Source: Thermodesulfobacterium commune DSM 2178
GTDB lineage: Bacteria > Desulfobacterota > Thermodesulfobacteria > Thermodesulfobacteriales > Thermodesulfobacteriaceae
Direction of reading: 5' to 3'
Length of the DNA: 32,000 nt
Assembly: GCF_000734015.1 (NCBI RefSeq)
Contig: NZ_CP008796.1
Location: 1,320,001-1,352,000 of the forward strand
A model generated the notes under the pieces. That model saw nothing but the letters and a program-made list of their open reading frames with translations. It was not told the origin of the DNA and made no database searches. A program made the translations under genes and the position numbers. The first letter of the stretch is position 1. Every line of letters begins with the position of its first letter. This document shows positions 1-6,879 of this stretch, one piece after another.

Positions 1-63
1 AAAAAACATAGAGCTTATGCGTGGCTACTGCTCTGAGCTTAGGCTTATCCTTGAGAGTTTGCA

Positions 64-1371
64 ATGGAAGGACAATGGGACAAAGAAGGAAACGAAATAG
101 TAGAGAAACTCTACAAACTTCTTTATCCTTCTCTTGGTTCTTCTTTAAGAGATGCCTTAGCAGATATTCTGCGTAAAGCAACATATTTTATAAGCTTTGA
201 TGATTTAACTCGCTACATTTTAATTACCCTTGAAGAAAAATTTCAGCTTCCTGAAAAAGTTAAGTTTGCACTTAAGCTTGAGCTTGAAAAGATTTATAAA
301 GAGACTCAAGCTAAGGCACTTTCTGAGGTTGGGATAATTTTTAAACCTGAGCTTTCCATACCAGATTTTAGAGCTATTTCATACGCAGAAAAGCTTCATG
401 ATTTTTATCTTGGGAAATTTTTCAGAGGAGATAGAGAAATCCGGCTAAGAATTGTTAAATGGTTCTCAAAATATTATCTTGAGGAAGGAAACCCAATTGG
501 GCGTGGTCAGGCTGGTATAAGAGAGTTTCTTGATAGGTTTGGGGAATACATACAACCTCAAACAGAATGGAAGGCAAGACAAATCATAGATACTTCAGTT
601 AATTTTTTGCGTAATTCTGCAAGAATTCGTGCTATGCAAAAAGCAAGGATTAAACGCTATAGATGGGATGCAGTGGGGGATAGGCTTACATGCAAGACTT
701 GCAGGAGTTTTGATGGAAGAACATGGGAAGTAACAGAAGCGGTAAGGATCCTTGATGCTATTGAGAGTTCAGAGGACCCAAGAGCTATTGTAGATTATAA
801 GCCCTTTGTTACTACTCCTTATAAAGGACCATCTTCTCAAGCTCCCTCCCGATTACCGCCTCTTCATCCTCATTGTAGGTGTAGAATAGTTGCGGAGATA
901 GAAGAAAAAGAGATACCAGTAACCATAGAGAGACCAGCATTTGCAAAAGATAATCCTATTCAAAGAGACTTAGAGGATGAATATAGAGCTTTAAGCCCTA
1001 AGGAGCTTGAAAATAAAATTAAAGCTCATCTTGGAAGTGATTGGTTCAGACCAGTTAAAGGTGAAAAAGGAATAAATGCTTATAAATCAGCAAAAAAAGA
1101 AGCAGAGAGGCATTTTTTAAAACACGGGCATGAATTTGGTTTTAAAACCCCTGAAGAATATTATCACTCAGCCTATGAGGTGATAAAAAAGCCTGACGAA
1201 GTATACATTGAAAGGGTTAAAGATAAAACCTTTTACATTTTTCGAAAAGGTGATAAAGTAGTAATATCAAGTGATGATGATCTTGCAATAAAAACTTATT
1301 TTAAGTTGAATAAGCCATTTGAAACCTTTTTAAAAGAGAGGAAAAGAGATGGACTTATCAAGGTTCTCTGA
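64..1371 (+). CDS. Phage head morphogenesis protein, Mu gpF / SPP1 gp7 family, with a ~150-aa C-terminal extension (toxin-like module candidate)
   Basis: 435-aa ORF. The core ends with the MuF-family signature RLPPLHPHCRCRIV (HPHCRCR = nt 865-885). It lies next to head genes. Residues ~283-435 extend beyond the family core and contain ERHFLKHGHEFG...KTYFKL. Confidence 0.8.
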   Translation: MEGQWDKEGNEIVEKLYKLLYPSLGSSLRDALADILRKATYFISFDDLTRYILITLEEKFQLPEKVKFALKLELEKIYKETQAKALSEVGIIFKPELSIPDFRAISYAEKLHDFYLGKFFRGDREIRLRIVKWFSKYYLEEGNPIGRGQAGIREFLDRFGEYIQPQTEWKARQIIDTSVNFLRNSARIRAMQKARIKRYRWDAVGDRLTCKTCRSFDGRTWEVTEAVRILDAIESSEDPRAIVDYKPFVTTPYKGPSSQAPSRLPPLHPHCRCRIVAEIEEKEIPVTIERPAFAKDNPIQRDLEDEYRALSPKELENKIKAHLGSDWFRPVKGEKGINAYKSAKKEAERHFLKHGHEFGFKTPEEYYHSAYEVIKKPDEVYIERVKDKTFYIFRKGDKVVISSDDDLAIKTYFKLNKPFETFLKERKRDGLIKVL

Positions 1372-1699
1372 TAAAGAATTAATTGAAGAATGGGCATTTA
1401 GTTTAGCATCTCAAGAAGCTATAGAAACTTTTTTTGATGATTATTCAGCAGAAGTAACCTTACCCTTTCGCACTGAAATCCATAAAAGAGGTCTTGACAA
1501 CCACCCAAAAGTTATAGAAGCAGATAAAAAGCTAATTCAATATGCTTTAAAAGAAAAGCCTTATCCTCCTGTTATAACCGATAATTATGAGCCACCTTTA
1601 GAATACTGGTGGTGGCACATAGATAAAATTGGAGAAAAAACCTATCCAGCTGAGCTACTTCCTGAGCCCCTCAGAGAACTTTATTTACAAGAATTTTAA
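1349..1699 (+). CDS. Hypothetical small acidic protein; candidate cognate (immunity-like) partner of the MuF C-terminal module
   Basis: 116-aa ORF whose ATG overlaps the MuF 3' end by 23 nt, with a purine-rich GAGAGGAAAAGAG upstream. I recognise no family. The functional call rests on position only. Confidence 0.5.
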   Translation: MDLSRFSDKELIEEWAFSLASQEAIETFFDDYSAEVTLPFRTEIHKRGLDNHPKVIEADKKLIQYALKEKPYPPVITDNYEPPLEYWWWHIDKIGEKTYPAELLPEPLRELYLQEF

Positions 1700-1741
1700 A
1701 AAGCCTTTTATTTTGGCTTTAAAGCCCCTCTTTTTAAGGGG
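1699..1741 (+). terminator. Two weak hairpins after the MuF block (possible terminator)
   Basis: AAAGCC (1700-1705) pairs with GGCTTT (1715-1720), and CCCCT (1725-1729) pairs with AGGGG (1737-1741). The stems are short and the trailing T-tract is poor. Confidence 0.25.
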
Positions 1742-1767
1742 GTAAGTATTATACCCTTACCCCCTTC

Positions 1768-1886
1768 GTTTACGAGCGTTTACGCATCGTTTACCTTGCG
1801 TTTACTGGCATCAATTCTTATTTAGAAGGAATTGAGGTAAACGAATGTCCGTTTACTTTGTTTATTTCTTGTTTACGAGCGTTTAC
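1768..1886 (+). repeat. Phased GTTTAC array: 4 + 4 direct copies flanking one inverted copy
   Basis: GTTTAC at 1768, 1778, 1789 and 1800. Inverted GTAAAC at 1837-1842. GTTTAC at 1851, GTTTAT at 1860, GTTTAC at 1871 and 1881. Spacing is 9-11 bp. The 16-mer GTTTACGAGCGTTTAC is exact at 1768-1783 and 1871-1886. Confidence 0.85.
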
Positions 1887-1891
1887 AAAGA

Positions 1892-1953
1892 AATTTTTGA
1901 GCCAATTTTGAGCCTTTTTTTAAAAAGCTTAACCCTTATTAAACCCTTATTAA
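1892..1953 (+). repeat. Two further tandem pairs with 11-bp period
   Basis: TTTTGAGCC at 1895-1903 and 1906-1914. ACCCTTATTAA at 1932-1942 and 1943-1953, ending 5 nt before the 14-nt motif. Confidence 0.8.
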
Positions 1954-1958
1954 ATTCA

Positions 1959-1996
1959 GAAAATATTGCTTGTTTTTCTTTTTTAAATTGTATAAA
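1959..1996 (+). promoter_or_regulatory. Candidate late promoter, copy 1 (motif GAAAATATTGCTTG plus -10-like TATAAA)
   Basis: Exact 14-mer at 1959-1972, shared with 3420-3433 and 13487-13500. An internal TTGCTT is -35-like. TATAAA lies at 1991-1996 after a 19-nt spacer. The ATG at 2005 has no SD. Confidence 0.5.
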
Positions 1997-2004
1997 GTTG
2001 CAAT

Positions 2005-2316
2005 ATGCAAGTTATAGAACGAGATACTATAAAGAGCATTATTCAAAATATCAATATAATCCTTACCACTCCTAAAGGTTCAGATCCTCACAGACCTTTA
2101 TTTGGTTCAAATATTTGGCAATTTATAGATCAACCCTTAACTGTTATAACAAGAGGACGTATCAAGGCTGAAATTATTGAAGCAATTGAGACTTGGGAAC
2201 CACGAGTAGAGATTGAAGAAGTTTATCTTCAAAGGGATTATTCGAGCTTGCGTATAATTATAAAATATAAAATTAAAGAAACAGAAACAATACAGACGCA
2301 GGAGATAACTTTATGA
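2005..2316 (+). CDS. Baseplate wedge protein, GPW/gp25 family
   Basis: 103 aa. It carries the typical gp25/W pattern: IIQNINIILTTPKGSDPHRPLFGSNIW...AIETWEPRVEI. Confidence 0.8.
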   Translation: MQVIERDTIKSIIQNINIILTTPKGSDPHRPLFGSNIWQFIDQPLTVITRGRIKAEIIEAIETWEPRVEIEEVYLQRDYSSLRIIIKYKIKETETIQTQEITL

Positions 2317-3410
2317 TTAAGTTTGTAATAACTGACCCTTTATATTATGAGCAAGAATTGATAAAAACTTATGAAGCTTTAACTGGTAGGACCTTACAGC
2401 CTGCAGATCCTGAAAGGCTTATTATTAATCTTATTGCCTATGCTATGACTATCATTGCGATAAACATTGATGAATCGGCACGGCAGAATTTGCTTGCCTA
2501 TGCAGAGGGAGAAAAACTCGATGCCTTAGCTGAATTTTATGGAATAAAAAGACTTCAAGCAAAACCAGCACAAACAATTTTAAGATTTAGTATAGATACT
2601 CCTTTAAATTTTGATGTAATTATTCCAAAAGGAACAAGAGCTACTCCAGATGGAAACCTTATGTTTGCAACAATAGAAGAAGCAAAAATTCCTGCAGGGC
2701 AACTTTTTGTTGATGTTCAAGCTGAATGCGAAACTCCCGGACTAATCGGAAATGGTTATCAAATTGGACAGATTAAGCAACTTGTAGACCCAATACCTTA
2801 TATAACATCGGTTTCTAATATCACAATGAGTATGTATGGAGCAGATGTTGAAGACGATGAGAGGTTTCGTGAAAGGGTCAGAGTTTCAATTGAAAGATTC
2901 TCAAATACTGGCTCAAGACAAGCTTATGAATTTTGGACAAAAACTGTCCATCAAGATATAGAAGATGTAAGTGTTTATTCTTCTTCGCCGGGAATAGTTA
3001 ATGTGGTTTTTATTTTAAAAGATGGAGCTTTGCCAGATACAACAATGATAGAGCTTGTAAGAAATTTCCTGTCAGATGAAAAGGTAAGACCTTTAACCGA
3101 TAAAGTTATAGTATCTTCTCCTGAAGTTATTGAATATGATATAAGCTTAACTTATTATATAAATCGCAAAGATGAAGCAAAAATTCGGTTCATTCAAAAT
3201 GAAGTAGAAAAAGCGGTGCAAGATTTTGTGCTCTGGACCAAGATAAAAATCGGAAGAGATATATTGCCAGAGGAGCTTATTCGCAGAGTAAAAGAAGCTG
3301 GTGCCTATAGGATTGATTTAAGCTCCCCAACCTATCAAAAGCTTGAAATCAATCAAGTTGCTCATGCAAAAAACATCACTATCACTTATGGTGGTCTCAT
3401 AGAAGATTAA
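2313..3410 (+). CDS. Baseplate J-like protein (P2 gpJ / Mu gp47 family)
   Basis: 365 aa. Its start overlaps the W stop by 4 nt. Size, position after W and sequence character fit the Baseplate_J family. Confidence 0.7.
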   Translation: MIKFVITDPLYYEQELIKTYEALTGRTLQPADPERLIINLIAYAMTIIAINIDESARQNLLAYAEGEKLDALAEFYGIKRLQAKPAQTILRFSIDTPLNFDVIIPKGTRATPDGNLMFATIEEAKIPAGQLFVDVQAECETPGLIGNGYQIGQIKQLVDPIPYITSVSNITMSMYGADVEDDERFRERVRVSIERFSNTGSRQAYEFWTKTVHQDIEDVSVYSSSPGIVNVVFILKDGALPDTTMIELVRNFLSDEKVRPLTDKVIVSSPEVIEYDISLTYYINRKDEAKIRFIQNEVEKAVQDFVLWTKIKIGRDILPEELIRRVKEAGAYRIDLSSPTYQKLEINQVAHAKNITITYGGLIED

Positions 3411-3419
3411 TTCTTTTTT

Positions 3420-3456
3420 GAAAATATTGCTTGCTTCTTTTTTTATAAGGCATAAT
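3420..3456 (+). promoter_or_regulatory. Candidate late promoter, copy 2
   Basis: Exact 14-mer at 3420-3433. TTGCTT lies at 3427-3432, followed by an 18-nt spacer and CATAAT at 3451-3456. The ATG at 3465 has no SD. Confidence 0.55.
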
Positions 3457-3464
3457 CTATTGCT

Positions 3465-4160
3465 ATGATGGATATAAGACTATCTTTTCAGTATAGCTCG
3501 TTGAGAGAGACAGAAGAATATGTTGAATTTGATGTTATTGCAATAACAGCTTCAGTTATAAATAGACCTTTTGGGAAAATTGAATTTCCTGAAGAGGTCT
3601 TAAAAGCTTCAGCACATACCTTGATTGGGAAACCCTTATTAATTGATCTTAGATATTCAGTTGAAGCTATAGTTGGAACTGTGGTTGATGCTAAATATTC
3701 AGAAGAAAAGAAAGGAATTGTAGCAACAGTCAAGATACCAAAAGCGGGTCATGAGAAATTAATTGGTTTAATCAAGATGGAACCTTCGCCAATCAAAAAT
3801 GTTTCAGTAGGAGTAGTAGTAGAAACTGAAGACAAAAATGGATTGCAAAGAGTAATAAAAGCTGAATTTAAAGAGTTATCTTTAGTGATAGAAGGAGCTG
3901 ACCCTAATGCTACAAGACTTAGCTCTCAGGATACCTCTCATTGGTGGGATGATCCAGATCTAAGACAAAAGGCTCCACGTGATTATTTTCTTGACCCATC
4001 ATCTCGCAGATATCCATATAAGACATGGGAAGGGGAAATTTCTTGTGAAAGATTAAAGGCTGCAATGAGTTTAGCTGGGTTACATGGACATAGACAAATA
4101 TATGATAGGGCAAAAGCCCTATATGAAAGACATTGTAAAAAGGAGGGTGCAAATGATTGA
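3465..4160 (+). CDS. Prohead protease-like / scaffold-associated protein (HK97 S78-like layout, non-canonical active site)
   Basis: 231 aa. The pattern GKPLLIDLRYS..IVGTV..KKGIVATVKI...NVSVGV...ELSLVIEGADPNA parallels the S78 prohead protease layout. It lies upstream of the scaffold and capsid genes. Confidence 0.5.
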   Translation: MMDIRLSFQYSSLRETEEYVEFDVIAITASVINRPFGKIEFPEEVLKASAHTLIGKPLLIDLRYSVEAIVGTVVDAKYSEEKKGIVATVKIPKAGHEKLIGLIKMEPSPIKNVSVGVVVETEDKNGLQRVIKAEFKELSLVIEGADPNATRLSSQDTSHWWDDPDLRQKAPRDYFLDPSSRRYPYKTWEGEISCERLKAAMSLAGLHGHRQIYDRAKALYERHCKKEGAND

Positions 4161-4575
4161 AAAATTTACTAAAGAAGTTGTAGAAGTAATGTCAAAAGAA
4201 GAATTGCAAGAAGCTGTCTTAACTCTTCAGCTTAAACTTGAAACTGCAGAAAAGGAAATTGAAAGGCTAAAAGTTGAAGCAGAAATTGGAAAGAAATATC
4301 TTGAATACTTAAGAGCTGAAGCAAAAAGGCTAATCAATTTAGTTCATAAAGAATCTCCACTTTTAAAACTTGTTGATAATGCTGATGTAGATACTTTAAA
4401 GCAGATAATTGATGATTTCAGTAAAAAGGCAAAAGAAATATATAAGCCATCTTCTACTTTTGCTACTGATACACAAAAAGAACCTCTTCAACTTACAAAA
4501 GAAGATTTAATGAAGATGAGTTATAAAGACCTTCTTAAATTAGCTGAAACTTTTAAAACTAAGGAGTTAGCTTAA
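4153..4575 (+). CDS. Scaffolding protein (coiled-coil)
   Basis: I chose the ATG at 4153 because AAGGAGGG lies 5 nt upstream; the track start at 4084 would overlap the previous gene by 77 nt. The sequence is E/K/L-rich with heptad character and sits directly before the capsid region. Confidence 0.55.
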   Translation: MIEKFTKEVVEVMSKEELQEAVLTLQLKLETAEKEIERLKVEAEIGKKYLEYLRAEAKRLINLVHKESPLLKLVDNADVDTLKQIIDDFSKKAKEIYKPSSTFATDTQKEPLQLTKEDLMKMSYKDLLKLAETFKTKELA

Positions 4576-4838
4576 TGAAAGAGGAAAAATTTCTTTTAAG
4601 AGGGGAGCTTGAAGAAATAAAAGATAGACTTTCTGTTCTTTATTATGAATTAAAAGGGAAAACAGCTATTTTTTATCAAAAGGCTTATGACCTTACTAAT
4701 ATTGGAATTGTTACTTATCAAGATGAAGTAAGTGAGATTACTAAATTAATTGAGGAAATAGTAAGTTTAAAGAAGGAAATTAAAGCCCTTGAAGAGAGGG
4801 CTGAATATTTAAAAAGAAAACTTAAGGAGGTGCAATAA
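4575..4838 (+). CDS. Hypothetical coiled-coil head-module protein
   Basis: 87 aa. AAGGAG SD upstream. The ATG overlaps the previous stop, and its own stop overlaps the capsid ATG. Confidence 0.5.
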   Translation: MKEEKFLLRGELEEIKDRLSVLYYELKGKTAIFYQKAYDLTNIGIVTYQDEVSEITKLIEEIVSLKKEIKALEERAEYLKRKLKEVQ

Positions 4839-5737
4839 TGCCAGTAACAGGTGCAACCTTACCAGAACTTTTTCCTCTCTATTATGAGAGGAAACTTTTG
4901 GAGTATATAAAAGCTAATTTAGTTGCAACAAAGTATGGGCAAAAGTTTTCTATGCCTGTTCATTCTGGAAGGACTGCGGTGTGGACAAGGTTTCAGCCTT
5001 TGAATCCAGTAACAACTCCGATTACCTTTCAGCCTACTCCTACAACTGGAGCAAGCATGGCAACTCAGCAGGTTCAGGCAACTATAGAAGAATACGCAAA
5101 CTACATTGAACTTGATGAGTTTACCGATATCACAAGCTTTGTCCCCCTTGTTGATCAGGCAACTGATTTACTTTCTTATAATGCTCAAATGTCTCTTGAT
5201 GCAATAGCGATGGCTGAACTAACAAGTGGGACAAATGTTTTATATGCAGGTGGTGTTTCTGGAAGGTCAGCTTTAGATGGCACAAAAAAGCTATCTAAAT
5301 CTGATATTAGAAAAGCTATCAATATCCTTAAAAGAAATAATATTCCACCTTTCCCAGATGGTTATTATGTAGTGCTAATACATCCTGACAAAATGCTTGA
5401 CCTTTTTACCGATACCGAATTAATCCAGCTTGCTATTACCTCTAAAGATATTTTTGAAAAAGGAGTCGTTGGTCAATATGGGGGAGCAAAGTTTGTAGAA
5501 TCTACTACTTTACCTATTTTAACAGGTGCTGGTGGTGGTTCTCCAGTCGCAGATGTCTATCAAACTGTTGTTCTTGGTATGAACGCTTATGGAGTAGTTG
5601 ATATTGATGGTAAAAGCGTTCAGATGGTCTTTACCAATGTTGATAAACTTGGAAGAGTCAAAACGATTGGATGGAAAGCATATTTTGCTTGTAAAAGATT
5701 ATATGAGCCGGCTATTGTAAGAATAGAATCAAACTAA
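4838..5737 (+). CDS. Major capsid protein (HK97 fold; N4-gp56-like family)
   Basis: 299 aa with an AAGGAGG SD. The N-terminus MPVTGATLPELFPLYYERKLLEY...GRTAVWTRF and the size are typical of this capsid family. It lies after the scaffold gene. Confidence 0.75.
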   Translation: MPVTGATLPELFPLYYERKLLEYIKANLVATKYGQKFSMPVHSGRTAVWTRFQPLNPVTTPITFQPTPTTGASMATQQVQATIEEYANYIELDEFTDITSFVPLVDQATDLLSYNAQMSLDAIAMAELTSGTNVLYAGGVSGRSALDGTKKLSKSDIRKAINILKRNNIPPFPDGYYVVLIHPDKMLDLFTDTELIQLAITSKDIFEKGVVGQYGGAKFVESTTLPILTGAGGGSPVADVYQTVVLGMNAYGVVDIDGKSVQMVFTNVDKLGRVKTIGWKAYFACKRLYEPAIVRIESN

Positions 5738-5750
5738 GCGAGGTGAAAAT

Positions 5751-5930
5751 ATGAAAGTATTAATAAAGCAAGACACAACTATATGGGTAAATGGAAAACC
5801 CTATGAATTTAAAAAAGGGATACAAGAAGTAGATGATGATATAGCGATTATTCTTATTGAGTCTAAGAATGCTGAAAAGCAGGAGGAAACCGATGCCAAG
5901 AAAACCAAAAAATCCGAAGCCCAAACCTAA
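5751..5930 (+). CDS. Small hypothetical protein (59 aa) missing from the ORF track
   Basis: ATG at 5751 preceded by GAGGTG. It translates to MKVLIKQDTTIWVNGKPYEFKKGIQEVDDDIAIILIESKNAEKQEETDAKKTKKSEAQT, with the stop at 5928-5930. It fills the gap between the capsid and connector genes on the operon strand. Confidence 0.5.
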   Translation: MKVLIKQDTTIWVNGKPYEFKKGIQEVDDDIAIILIESKNAEKQEETDAKKTKKSEAQT

Positions 5931-5933
5931 GAA

Positions 5934-6263
5934 ATGGTAACAATTGAGGAAGTAAAAAGTTTTTTGCAAGTAGCAGGGGCAGACTTTGATGATACAAAAA
6001 TTGCTAATGCCCTTGAAAGGGCGTTAGCAAGGGCAAAAAAACTTTTAAAAGTAGATATCTTGCCAGAAACTGCCGAGATAAAACAAGCCTTAATATTACT
6101 TGCGGTTGCTGAACTGGCAACAGAAATAAATCTTTATTACAGAGGGAAAGAAAATGTAATGATTTTACGAACAAAGGATGTAGTTGCTGAAGCTGAAAGA
6201 CTTCTTGGATTAATGCCAGAAAAGGAGCCTTTGAAGTGGGTTTCAATAAAGACAGATTCTTAG
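5934..6263 (+). CDS. Head-tail connector protein (gp6-like, Phage_connect_1 type)
   Basis: 109 aa. The N-terminus TIEEVKSFLQV..ADFDDTKIANALERALARAKKLL matches the typical gp6-like pattern. Confidence 0.65.
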   Translation: MVTIEEVKSFLQVAGADFDDTKIANALERALARAKKLLKVDILPETAEIKQALILLAVAELATEINLYYRGKENVMILRTKDVVAEAERLLGLMPEKEPLKWVSIKTDS

Positions 6264-6469
6264 CCTTAAATATTGAAATACTAAAATTTATGTTAAATGA
6301 GGCTTTTCAAAAAAGAAAACATGTTAAGTGGGATTTTCTTTATCGGGAATTTTCGGAATATTCAAAAGAGGAGATAGATTTCTCTATTCGCTATCTTAAA
6401 GACAAAGGTTATTTAATTGATTTTGAGATAACCGCTAAAGGAGTAGATGAAGTTTTGAAATGGATATAA
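6236..6469 (+). CDS. Hypothetical protein (possibly a small winged-helix-like protein)
   Basis: 77 aa. GTG start at 6236 with AAGGAG 9 nt upstream. The C-terminus YLKDKGYLIDFEITAKG resembles a wHTH, but only weakly. Confidence 0.4.
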   Translation: MGFNKDRFLALNIEILKFMLNEAFQKRKHVKWDFLYREFSEYSKEEIDFSIRYLKDKGYLIDFEITAKGVDEVLKWI

Positions 6470-6879
6470 AAGAATTTGAAGCATACATTAAAGAATTACC
6501 GGTTAAGCTCAATAAAGCAGTAGTGCAATCGTTACATCAGGCAGCACAGGAAACAGAATCAAGGCTTTCAAGAATTTTTAAATCGGAGGGAAGGTCAGAA
6601 GGGGTTGAGTGGTCTCCTTTGAAAGAGGCTTATCTTAAATGGAAAATCAAGAAAGGTTTTTCAGAGAAAAAATTGCATAAAACTGCAACATTAGCCCAAA
6701 GCTTTAACTCAATCGTAAACGAAACTTCAGCAGTTGTCGGGACACCTGTTCCTTATTCTGTTTATCATGAATTTGGGACAAGAAAGATGCCAGCTCGACC
6801 ATTCATGGAACCAGTTTTTAATACAATGGTTAAAAGACTTGAAAACATTTTTAACAAAAACTTAGCAGAGGTGTTTTAA
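6460..6879 (+). CDS. HK97 gp10-family head-tail joining / neck protein
   Basis: 139 aa. It carries the family hallmark YHEFGTRKMPARPFMEP. Confidence 0.7.
   Translation: MDIKEFEAYIKELPVKLNKAVVQSLHQAAQETESRLSRIFKSEGRSEGVEWSPLKEAYLKWKIKKGFSEKKLHKTATLAQSFNSIVNETSAVVGTPVPYSVYHEFGTRKMPARPFMEPVFNTMVKRLENIFNKNLAEVF

Noticed and set aside
1-63. Possible 3' end of an upstream (portal-like) gene at the window edge
   Set aside because: Two frames are open to the edge, with stops at 34-36 and at about 98-100. Too little sequence is present to choose a frame or assign a function.
1845-2075. 76-aa + strand ORF across the GTTTAC repeats and into the W gene
   Set aside because: The product is low-complexity and F/Y/L-rich, generated by the repeat array. 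There is no SD. It overlaps the well-supported gp25-like gene out of frame.
5760-5969. 69-aa minus-strand ORF between the capsid and connector genes
   Set aside because: It is F/L/G-rich and low-complexity, and antisense to the operon. A + strand 59-aa ORF with an SD (5751-5930) explains the region better.
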